Part shown: positions 52,513 to 64,000 of the stretch, piece after piece
Numbering within the stretch: the stretch's first letter is position 1
How the letters are laid out: every line of letters begins with the position of its first letter
Source: Eledone cirrhosa
Taxonomy: Eukaryota
Assembly (NCBI GenBank): GCA_964016885.1
Contig: OZ024743.1
Location: forward strand, 168,454,001 to 168,518,000
Direction: 5' to 3'
DNA length: 64,000 bases
Program-made: the position numbers and the translations under genes
The notes under the pieces: generated by a model
What the model was told of the DNA's origin: nothing
Database searches by the model: none
The model's input: the letters and a program-made list of their open reading frames with translations, nothing else

Positions 52513-55500
52513 TCTCTTTCTCTTAATTTCGAGCATATTTTTTTTGACTGGCCACCTTTCTGGTGGCAAGGTTGTAAAAGAAAAGAAATTGTCATCCCTT
52601 GAATCGCAAGAATGTTTTGCAAATTTTGAAGGTGCCAGCTATCGCAGCCATTTGTAGACTATGAATTAAGGAGCTGGGCTTTTTGTCCGCAAATCCAAGT
52701 TCAGTCATACTTTGGTCCAAGCGGGTTGGTATATAACCCGTAGCTCCAATAATGATGGGTATGAAGCTAAAGATGTATCTTGGATACTGGATTTGTAAAC
52801 TCCTCATCAATGGTCCGTAGATGTCCTCCTTCTCCTGTATTTTTCTGACAATGTTTACATGAAGTGGGCAGCTGATCTCCACAACAGAACACGTTTTCAA
52901 TGTCAGGCCGGTTGTGCTTTAATTTGGTGGCAGTTTTTATTTTCAGGTTCCACCAGTATTCCTTAGTGCCATCTGTCTCCATATATTCTTCCTCGCTTGT
53001 TGTTAATTTTGTTTTCCGAAGTGCGTTCCAGATGGTTCTAGCTATCCCATCGTGTCTCATGGGGAGGTAGTAGCGAGATGACATTCTTTCGCAGCTGCCA
53101 ATAATGTGGCTTACATCCTCGATCTTTGTTTTACATAGCCTACACTTATTGTCAGCTGCTGGCCCTCCTCTTTTGTGCAGCAGATATTTGGTAGGGAGTT
53201 CTTGTTCCTGTATTGCATAGAGATATCCCTTAAGGTGTGATGTCATAAACTTGTCGGAACTCCATGCCAGGCTTTTTGAGTGGTTTATCCCCTCTATGGT
53301 CTGTGTTTTACGTCTCAAGTATCCATGCACAACTTTTTCTGTAAATTGGTCAATTTTTTTATCTTGTTTGAACATTGAATAGGATCTTCCGATTTCTCTG
53401 GGTGAGAGATTTATATCAGGCTTTATTCCATATCTCTCCTCCAGATCAGTCGCTATTCTAATGATATTTTTTTTTTCATGCTCATAAACCTGGGCAAGAT
53501 TGTTGCCAACCTGTTTCCTCTGTTGAAGGTGTTGCTTCAGTGTTACTATCCGCGTCTCATATGTTGTTAATATTGATTTTAGACCCCGGCCACCTTCCTT
53601 GCGTGAGAAGTATAGCCTATCCACATCACCATTGATGTTAAAGTTCCCAGTAACACTGGGAAGTTTGCTAGTTGTAACATCCATCTCACTTAGTTCTTGC
53701 AATGACCAGTTCAGCAGGCCAAATGTTGGCGTTAGAATTGGCACAGCATAAGTATTGTGGGCAATGTATTTGTTGTACGCTGACAGTTCTGATGACCATA
53801 TTTTCTTTACTCTTCTGAGGTATTCAGTTCTGGTTCTCTCCTTATGGGTCCATCATATCTGACATTCTCATCCTGTCCAAGATGTCTGTAGTTGTCACCT
53901 GACTGTAGAGGTTGTATTGTCAGGCCTTTCATCTCTAGATTTCTAGAGGAGGGCACAGCTCTTCCACGTTTTACTGCCAAATATGCACACTTGGACTCAC
54001 CAAATTTCATTTTGATGTCGGTTGAAAATTGTCTAATGAGATCCAATTGTTTCTTGATGTCATTGATATTTGGCCCATACAACTTCAGGTCATCAACAAA
54101 GAAAATATGGGAGATACTTCTGGACCCACTTCTTTGTCCACTTTGTTTCCTGAGTAGGTAAGATTATGGATTCAGTGAGAGAACGAAGAGTAGCACTGAC
54201 AAGCTATCACCCTGAAAGATGCCCTTCTGGTAATGTATTTTATCAGTCTTAATTTGCTCCTTCTCACCTGTAAGGATCAAAGTGGTGTACCAGTTCTTGG
54301 TCAGGCGTTCAACAGCAGCTACCAATGGTTGTGGGACTTTGGCTAACTGTAAAGCCTTAATAATCCATCCATGAGGTACACTATCAAATGCTGTTTGATA
54401 GTCCAGCCACACCACAGTCATGTTTCAGCGATTCTTTGTTGTTTTTTCCTGAATCATTTTGTTAGTTAGTAGGTGATCTATGCAACCCCACACCTCCCTA
54501 TTTCTACCAGTTTGCTCAGGTGTTACGATGTTGTTGGTAGCACAGTGATCCTGTAAGAACAGGTTAAGGCACCCAGTATATAAGTTATACATGATATTTT
54601 GGCAGGCTATTGGGCGGTAATTTTTAGCAAGGGTGGTTTGGCTATTTTGGGGAATGAGGAGAGTAGTGGCAGTTGATAACCATCTGGGAAGTTCTTGTGT
54701 GCCTTTAATGGTTTCTGTAAACAGCCGTATGAGATCTTGCCGATAGAAAGTGAAATTCTTCAACCAGTATCCTGTAATGAGGTCTGGGCCTGGCGATTTC
54801 CTATTCGACATTTTCTGTAGAGCAGTTTCCAGTATTGACCCATCTATGTCATATTGTTTTGTCTGGACATGTTGGCAGTAGTCCTGTTCCTGTTCTTTTA
54901 GCCAATTATTTTGTCTGTTGAATCCGTCATCCGTTTCCCATACAGATCTCCAGTAGCTCTCAACCTGTTCTTTTGAAGGGGTGTCATTTACAGAGATTGA
55001 GTTTTTTTCCACCGAAACTGCGATGAACTGATTTAGGATCTCTGGCAAACAATCTATTCAGCACTTGTCGTTTATGCGCTGTTGACTTATATTTTAGTCT
55101 TTCTGTTGTAGTTGTTAGTTGCTGTTTCAACTGTGTAATTTGGAGTTCAAAGTTTTAAATTTTGTATCTCCAAATCGTCTCTCTAACTTTTTTTTAGGTC
55201 TTCCTGGTGTCGTGTGAAGTTGCTCTCTATGTTGCATTTCATAACGACTGCGATGTGTGAGATACTTCGTCTCAGGGACAAAATTTTGCTTTTTAAATTT
55301 CGCATCCACGCTGGTTCAGGCTTTCTGTTTGTATCTTGATTGCGTGGTTTTAGATGTGTGTTATATGATAGCAATGTGACAGCTGAAACATATAACAAAA
55401 TATTAAGCGTTTCAAATGTCGTTTCTACACCTTTAGATCGTATAGCCTTCAGATAATTGCCAGCTATTTCGTTCACCGCTTCCAATTCCAATTTAGTGGG

Positions 55501-55697
55501 TTCTTTACTGATTCTGGTGTTTTATGGTCTGTCACTCACATTAAGGCTGTGTATCTCTTGAAACATATCGTCCATAATCACTTGCAAGGTGTCCACAAGC
55601 TTTTGGTGTTCTGTTTGTTCAGTAGAGTGATGAATTTCAGCCTCGTTGTTGATGTGGTGACAATTACTACTAGAGTTAGCTGACCTTTCTCGCTGTT
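52513..55697 (-). mobile_element. Second R4/Dong-type retrotransposon, decayed, flanked by (TATG)n on both sides
   Basis: KSPGPD, YRPIACQN, WLDYQTAFDSVPH, GIFQGDSLS, HIFFVDDLKLY, RKEGGRGL, CRLC...HIIGSC...RHD, NRPDI, VEISCP. Confidence 0.92.
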
Positions 55698-55794
55698 GTA
55701 TGTATGTATGTATGTATGTATGTATGTATGTATGTATGTATGTATGTATGGCTTTATTTTGAAATCCATATCTCACATACACTTCAAATAAAAT

Positions 55795-55865
55795 TTCATT
55801 CTGATGAACGATTTCAAACGTCTGTGTCGAGCGCGTCTGTCTTCGTGAAACCTTTGGTAAATGGA
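55795..55865 (+). ncRNA. Type I hammerhead, intact core, GUA site
   Basis: ttcatt CTGATGA ACGA...TCGT GAAA CC-ttt-GG TA aatgga. Confidence 0.75.
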
Positions 55866-55891
55866 ATAATTGTCTTATGTTATTTATTAAA

Positions 55892-55922
<31 letters not shown>

Positions 55923-55926
<4 letters not shown>

Positions 55927-56228
55927 GGAAAAAATGAAACGAAATTTCATTTCCCACTTTAGTACGGCTGTTACTTAAATATAAGTATGTACACGTACAT
56001 ACTTATATGTATAAAGACGTACAGTAGTATGTACATATATATACATACATGCACATATATATATATATGTACGTATGGATTCACCGAACATTTATTATAA
56101 TGCTCGGTGTGTTTGTAAACAAACATCCCGTATTAAGCTGTAGTGTTTAGCAACCATCGTTGCTCGTTTGTTCAACACTGACAAAGGAACGCTGTATATT
56201 CTTTCATACGTTCAACAATTTGGCAGGA
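55923..56228 (-). mobile_element. Diverged copy of the 425-bp retrozyme-like family (37230-37997) with a short inversion
   Basis: aatgaaacgaaatttcatttc...agtacggctg...ccgaacatttattataatg...gttcaacactgacaaaggaacg. Confidence 0.8.
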
Positions 56229-57163
56229 GTGCGTGTGCACGTGTATGTATATGTCTATCTGCATGAGAGAGCGAGCGAGAGAGAAGTGTAGACCGTATTA
56301 TATTTACTGAAGTTTCAATGATCAATAGAGTGATATGGTGCCTTCTGTGTAGGTGTCTGTTACACTAATTTGTTTATGTACTATAACACATGCGCATGTC
56401 TTTACGAAAGTTTCTGGACGACCCATGTCTTGTGAGTGCAATTGAGTAGACGAACATTTTGTGAAAAGCCTGCCAGATGGATTGTATTTGTTATTCATAG
56501 GTTCAGCCTTGTAATATTTCTGTGACATTCTGATCCAACTAGGAAATTGTGTTAATGTCAAACTGTGGAATTCTCTTCTTACACATCCATTAATGAGCTG
56601 GACGTTCAGTTATTCGAACAAGTGAATGCTCATCGGCGAAAATGACGGAGTCCCATCATCATCATCATCATCATCTTCATTATCATCATGTATTTTATAA
56701 TTCAGGCGCACAGATGGGTCTTCATCAGCTAGTAGTAATCCAAGAGAAAGTATAGCAGAACGAATCCAGATTTCTTTCTGCGCAAATGGGCAACGTTGAT
56801 CTCGGAACTAGGTTTATATTGACTACAGCGCTAACTAGTTTCATTATATTATTGTTTCGTTCAATTTTAAAATTCTATTTTACCCTATCAAAAGTATTGT
56901 CAGTTTAAGGGAGCAAATTGTCGTTGCATTAAATCTCGTTAATTGATCAGCCTCATTGCGCTTTGAGTTCAAATGTCAACGGGGATCAACTTCATCTTTC
57001 ATTATTTCGAGGTCCTTAAATAAAGAACCAGTTCAGTATTGGGGTCGAATCCTTTTTTTGCTCCTCACCTATCTCTCTCTCTTTCACTCTGGTAAACAAT
57101 CGGCCATATTCGGCCTTGGAAATGGATGGGCTCAACTAAGTTTAAAATGCCCAAAACACACCA

Positions 57164-58197
57164 TCTATACTATAAAGCTGACGGCCGTATGTAGGTAACA
57201 AACTTTCCGCGAAACGGCTGGACCAAACAGCATCAAATATGCACCATAGATGTGTAGGGTATTTTTTACTACTGTATTTTGTTAAAGGATTAAAGACATT
57301 ATTTAAATATTCACTTCTTTAAAATTTCAAATGTCAACACTTCCGGTTATACGTCATTCCTCACTTTTTCTTATGACGTCGCACAACATGCCCCTCTTTT
57401 TCGTCTCTGTATGTCTGGCTGTCTGCATTAGATAAGGTTTTTCGAAATATTTACTTCTGCGTGCACAGACTGATTTTTTTAGTTAAGGGAGAAAGCAGCG
57501 ATTATTTTCTTAAACTTTAATGTTATTTTAATATATATATTCGTGTACAGATATTTTTGCAAACACAAAAACAAAAACCTATTTATTTCACGAAAGCACA
57601 GACGGCTTATCGTCATTGTTACTGTTCGAGGTTAGAGGACCACAGTCATTCCAAGATCTGAGAACCATCAATGGCCATCAATGCTCCACTTACCGTTTGG
57701 CTTGCTAGATGCGTGGTATTTTACACGATGACAGCCATTGGCACCTCACCCTGCAAGAAGCAGCAACTTCTAAAGTCACTTCTCAGCTGCGAATACTTTT
57801 TGCTATTATGCTGCACAACTGCGATCTCGCCGACCCTCTCGTAATGTGGAACAACCACCGTGAAAGTCAAGCTGAGGACATCCTCCACCGCACACGCAGA
57901 CACAATTCTAACGTAACATACGATGTCGTTTTCAATGAGACGCTCATTTGTCTTGAAAACAGTGTCCTGGAGATTGGTGGTAGGCCTCTAAGTCACTACA
58001 GCTTACCTGCTCCTGACAGGAGTGTCCACAGGTCAACGTCTACAGAGCTTCTCCGTGAGACGAGCTACGAGATCAGTGCTTCTCCCATGGTCAATTGTAT
58101 GTAGGATGCTCTAGGGTGAGCTCGCCAAACAATCTCTTCATCTTTGCTCCGGAGGGCCGAACAAAACATATTGTATACTCTGAGGCTTTTCTTTAAC
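57164..58197 (+). mobile_element. Helitron derivative: 5' TC end, captured PLE-tail segment (~57436-57540), RepHel remnants fused by internal deletion at ~58072
   Basis: LLLFEVRGPQSFQDLRTING...GILHDDSHW...LQEAA...QLRILFA, then FSHGQLYVGCSRV...TKHIVYSEA. Confidence 0.85.
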
Positions 58198-60386
58198 GTA
58201 CTGGTTACTGAACTGGGGAATCCTAAAAACTATTCAAACCCAACATCAGAGCACGTTAACCCCCCCCCCCCCCTCGTTGACTTGAGAGGGCGTGCAGTAT
58301 CTTTGCACTGAAGTGGAATGGGGATTCCTGAAAAGATAAAATGCCGGTATACCTAGCCGGACGGGCCAGGTATCATAAAGGTACCGCTATGACTCCAACG
58401 GCCATTTTTTATTTTTTATTTTTTATTTTTTATTTTTTTTATTTTTCATAGTGTATTGCATATGACAGAGTACGAGACGCTGATTCTTCGGTTAATAGTA
58501 TCGACTAATATAGCTGCAAGCCTTTTTGGGTAAAATATTGGGTGTCAATTAAAACAATGGTGCAATAGGAAGTGAACGGATAAAAGGTTTATGGGACACT
58601 CTGTGAAACTAAACTTGGAAGATTATGAGCCATATATTAAAGGATAACGTCTATTCTGTCATTGTATTATTTATTTATTCATTCCCCCTTTTTTAGTTTT
58701 TTATTTTCTATTCAGTCTTTCATATTTATATGTTTCTACTTCCTTAATTGTTATATTTCTTTCCGCCTTTTTCTGGTCCTTTCATAATTTTTTCATTTAC
58801 TTTTTGACTCTCTTACATACTTTTTTTTTTCTCTGTCTTCCTTTCCTTCTTTCTCTTCTTTAGCTTCCCCTCCTCTCCACACACTCCTACATTGTCTTCC
58901 TTTTCAACGCCCATCGGAAAGTCTCATATATCATCAGACTAATCATTCCAGATATTATGACAACCTGCCACCTCTGAACACATACTTGCTCATACAAAAC
59001 AAAAATGTCTTACAGCAATTGTTTATGTCTGTCACTTTTTTAAAATATCAGATAGATTCTTATTAATTATGTTTGAGGTGAAAGTAGTATAGGGGCAAAA
59101 TTAAAATTCGTTCTTGTCTTTGTGTTACATACAAAGCATTTGTGGTTCGACTTTACCTTTCTCTCTCAGCAGTTTGTAAAATAACTATTAGTAATAAACT
59201 TAATTGTATTCAGTGGTATCAAGATAATTCAACGCGAGTCAATTTTATCACTTTACAATTTTTTTACCATTCAATTATCGTTATTTGGTTAATTCATTAT
59301 TTGTCAATTCGTTGCCAGTTCAATTCACAGAATCCACATCAGAATGTTAGACTTACATATATGAGAAAAAAATAACCAAAACTTAAATATATTTATTTAA
59401 GATAATTTATTTATTTTAAAATTTGGTAAATTGAACTGCGTCAAATTTTCCAGGTCCTTTCATAATTTTTATATTTACTTTTTGACTTTCTTCCATACTT
59501 TCTTATTTTTCTGTCTTTCTGTCCTTCTTTATTTTCTTAGCTTCTCGGTCTCTCCACATATTCGTTCTTTCGTGGCTCTCTAGAATTGTTGAATTAGGGG
59601 TATCGATGAGATATCGAAGATCAGTCAATAATTTAGTTAGGTTTTGCTTCAAGATTTTTAATATTTCTTTGAACTTCGAATAGATGTCTAGGCAATTGTG
59701 GTTTTTAGGATCATAAAACATTAAATAAACAGCATCGACAGGATTACAACGTTTTTCATAACATGCAATTTAAAAATATGTTTTTAATTCTATCTACTTT
59801 TCCAAAACTCTTATACTAAGTATTTGAATAACTCATCGTGATGGAATATATTGAAAAAGCTATATGGATTGATATTCATCATTTATTGTCGCAAATAAGT
59901 ATGTATATTTTGGTTAGCTGCCTGTTCACTTTATTTTCTAATTGATACTCAAGTCCAGCAAGGGGATGGGAAAGTCGAATGGACCTCATAATTGTGAAAA
60001 GCAAAGCTGACTTCGGAGAGATTTGAAATAACAACATAAAACGCCGACAATAAAAGCAAAACATACTGCCAACCAACTGCTCTTCTTCACTATAAAATAA
60101 AAAAGACATCATTAGTGTGTTACACAAAAAAAAAACAATAAACATTCGCAGCCAACGATAATATAGTTTGAATTTAGGATACGTCTTGTTTTTAAATTAA
60201 ATTCTGAATAATTAAAAAAATATATATTAAATTGGACTAAATTATAAGGAAAATAACTAAAATTATGCGAATAGTTAATTCAATAGATTTTAGGGATTCA
60301 AATAGTAAATAATAATAATAAAAACTAACAAGTTAAATTACTAAGGTGTGAATCCTGCTATGATGTATTAATATAGTAGAATAATA

Positions 60387-60779
60387 CCTAGGGAGATTTA
60401 ATCGGCTTTTTCCTCACCCCAAATTCTTGGCCTTGTGCCTAAATCAGAAACCGTTATATCCCAGTTAGAAGCTAACAAATAATAATCTAACCAATGCCCA
60501 CCATAACAGTTTTATTCTACTATAATGATTGTTTCTACTTTTTGGCACAAGGCCAGCAATTACCCACTGCATTACTGGTACTTTATTTGTAATGCACTGG
60601 GTAATTGCTGGCCTTGTGCCACAATTATTAGAAACAATTATTATAGTAGAAAAAAACTGTTTTGGTGGGCATTGGTTAGATTATTATTTGCTAGATTCTA
60701 ACTGGTATATAACGGTTTCTGATTTAGGCACAAGGTCAAGAATTTTGGGTGAGGGAAAAGCCGATTAAATCTCCCTAGG
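60387..60779. repeat. Long imperfect palindrome (arms ~190 bp, spacer ~14 bp)
   Basis: cctagggagatttaatcggc...tgcattac / gtaatgca...gccgattaaatctccctagg. Confidence 0.85.
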
Positions 60780-60934
60780 TGTGTCACTGGTACTTTATTT
60801 TATGGACTAATAGGAATAAAAGTAAAGTTTACCTCGGCGTGTTTCTTATGTTTTTATCATACCTATATATTTAAGCATGGTTTTGGTTTTTACTGAAGTA
60901 TTGTTGTATATATATATATATATATATATAATTT

Positions 60935-61378
<444 letters not shown>

Positions 61379-62584
61379 AGTGTAGGTGATTCATTTATTT
61401 ACTGGTGGTGGTACCAATACGAAAACTTGATGCACAAGTAGATTGTATATATTAAGAAAAAACGCTGAAGTTTCTTTTACAAAGGAGACCCCGAACCAAA
61501 CACATGTAACAGGTGTATAATCAATAAAACATGCAGACGAATCTTCATCATTTTTTCTTTATATATATATGTGCGTGTGTGGGTGTGTGGGTGTGCGCGC
61601 GCGTGTGTGTGGTTATAGTGGAGTAATACGTGATATGAATTTAGGTCAATTCGTTACTTGGAATTTTATAAGTAAAAATTGTTAGTTTAAGTTAGATTAG
61701 TTCTGATTATTGTTACATTATACCTAAAATATTTTTGATAATTATATTTACTATGGACTATCAAAAGTACAGTTAAAGCCCCCAACGAACCAGATACACA
61801 CAGATATACACTTACGCATATAGAAAAAATATATATAAACATTCACTTATTTGAATACACGTGTATGCATATTTTTACCGACTCATATGCACGTATGCAC
61901 ACGTATTACAGTACATTATACAATATGCATTATAACTTGGCGTCAAATATTTTACGTAACATAAACGGGTAACACATCTCATAAAGCAAAATATTATATA
62001 ATATAATACTATTCGACACAGCATCGCATTGTACACTTTATTATAATTAATAATAAAAACTACAAAATAAAAAAATAAATAAAAAATAATAAAAAATTAA
62101 AATATAAAATAAAAAATTGAAAAATAATATAAATTAAAAAATAGAAAATAAAAAATATAGTAAAATGAAACCATACTAAATACATAGAAAATACGAAACA
62201 AAAATAAAGAATAAAGCAATAAAATAATTTACAAATATGTATAAAAAAACTATACATTTATACACAAGAAATATATAAAGAAATACATATAAAACGTATT
62301 AGAAATATAAAAATTAAAAAATATATAAAAAATCTCATTTCTATCTTAACTTAATTTATTCTTTATTAAAACCGATGGAGTTTTATTAAATTTAGCTATA
62401 TATATGTTAGATCAAATCCCGCCAAGGTTAACTTTGCCTTTCATCCTTACGGGGTCGATAAAATAAAGTACCAGTAATACACTGGTTAATTGCTGGCCTT
62501 GTGCCAAAAGTAGAAACAATTATTTGGTTAAAGTTTAGATATGATCGTTATTTTAATAATTACTATAATAAAAGGATTGAGATC

Positions 62585-62880
62585 ATTTATGTGAGCAGGT
62601 TGAATGTATCTTAGATTTTCTGTTAAGGATTATTAGTTTGGATTCTAGAACATAGAGACATTCAGTAAGGCAAAATGTATACCTTTTGCTTCCAGGTTCG
62701 TAAGTATGAGCGACTTCAAGTATCTTCCAATTAATGGAGTACTCAGTATTTGCCTCTTTGAGGTCCCAGGGATAACCCTAAGGATATTGCGCTATTAATG
62801 TTTTTTCTCTCTAAAGGATTGGTGGTGGTGCATATAATACCTAGGTTTAAAACTGTTCGAAGTGGCCCCTATATACCAAA
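62585..62880 (-). pseudogene. PLE GIY-YIG C-terminal fragment
   Basis: YIGATSNSFKPRY...WDLKEANTEYSINWKIL...FCLTECLYVL...LNRKS...CSHK. Confidence 0.75.
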
Positions 62881-63199
62881 TTTTATTCCAAATAAAGAAA
62901 ATTAACAATAACATTCTAAATAAGTAATAGATAAGTAATGCCTGGTACGTAAACCTATTTACTATCACCTATTAGATAATTCTCCACTCACGCAATGTCA
63001 CTGATTTAGGGAAAAATCCTGAACACCCCTACATAACTAAAAGTCGACTCGGCGAAATGTCTATAAATAATAACTAAAGTGAACTGTCAGTAGACTGTGT
63101 ACAAGGAGTCTCATTGGTAGTTCGAAATTACGTCTGGCGAATACTTGGGTTTTACCTTCGTTCGTACATATATACTAACAAGTATAACACACAAGTATA

Positions 63200-64000
63200 A
63201 CGGTGACGACGAGTTATTCGAAGCCTAGGTTGGACTGATTTTTTTTTTGTAAAAACGAAAAAAATAAAATAACTTCTTAATATGGAAGATTTATAGCCCA
63301 AGTGTTACAGTTGCAACAACAACAACAACAACAGTTAATAGAATGAGTTAATACTGAAGAAAACGGAAAATACGTCAAGTTTGTTTACCCCGGACGCTAT
63401 GGCGAACTCAATAGAATTCGTGTATAACCCAAATGAGGGCATTACCTTCTCAGCTTACTTCAGAAGACGGAAAGTTTCCGAAGAAGAATGCAGCGGCTAG
63501 GAAGGCGAAAAAAACCCACGACTTTTGTTGAGACAGTTGGCACCAGTCGAACATGAAAAATACTGTAACTATATATTACCGAAGAAACCAGGAGGGATCT
63601 GTTTTGAGGAAGCAGTAAATATCCAGTAAAAATCTTTTGAGAGAAAAGTTCTTTATTTAATACCCGTTGGCAGTGTGTGAATCTGGAGAAAAAAGCAGAC
63701 GAAGATTTTGTCACGTATGCCGGGATCGTAAACAACGAATGCGAAATATTTAAACTTAACGAACTAACTCCAGACATGTTTAAATGCTTAATTTTAGGGC
63801 AAGGATTAATTGCAAAGAAAGATGCGGAAATTTGTACCAGAATTCTGACAAAATTAGAGCAGAATCAGAACTTAAAATTACAGTAAATATCTGAGGAATG
63901 TCAGAGAATTATAAATCTGAGACACGATACGGAAAGAATCGAAAAGAGAGGCTGCTCTCGTATACAGTCTGTGCGACCTAAAGTAAAACACAAAAAATTA
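63200..64000 (+). mobile_element. Gypsy LTR retrotransposon (Mag-like), PBS-like site and decayed gag; LTR probably just upstream
   Basis: ggtgacgacgag PBS-like; EFVYNPNEGITFSAYFRR...EHEKYCNYILPK...SLFNTRWQC...EDFVTYAGIVNNECE.FKL.ELTPDMFKCLI. Confidence 0.75.

Overview
AT-rich, microsatellite-laden eukaryotic DNA, most likely an octopus or other coleoid cephalopod (inferred from the tRNA-derived SINE families and repeat mix; not verified). Almost everything recognisable is mobile DNA: at least 7 Penelope-like elements (PLE; RT plus C-terminal GIY-YIG) or fragments, two long decayed R4/Dong-type RLE LINEs plus two fragments, a decayed Tx1/L1-type LINE, an RTE-type 3' fragment, several non-autonomous Helitrons, the start of a Gypsy gag, and about 15 SINE copies. 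One plausible host coding exon lies at 49153-49801 (+). The main observation is a dense set of type I hammerhead ribozyme (HHR) motifs folded by eye: about 16 canonical or single-change motifs from roughly 10 unrelated sequence families, plus about 7 copies of a fixed CAGAAGA-core variant. They sit in PLE tails, in 320-490 bp tandem or inverted non-coding 'retrozyme-like' units, and (the variant) inside Helitrons. PLE-associated minimal HHRs and metazoan retrozymes are known classes. The specific families, the variant cores, the Helitron capture and an insertion boundary at a cleavage site are what deserve follow-up. All structures were read manually and no cleavage activity is demonstrated; element boundaries are approximate.
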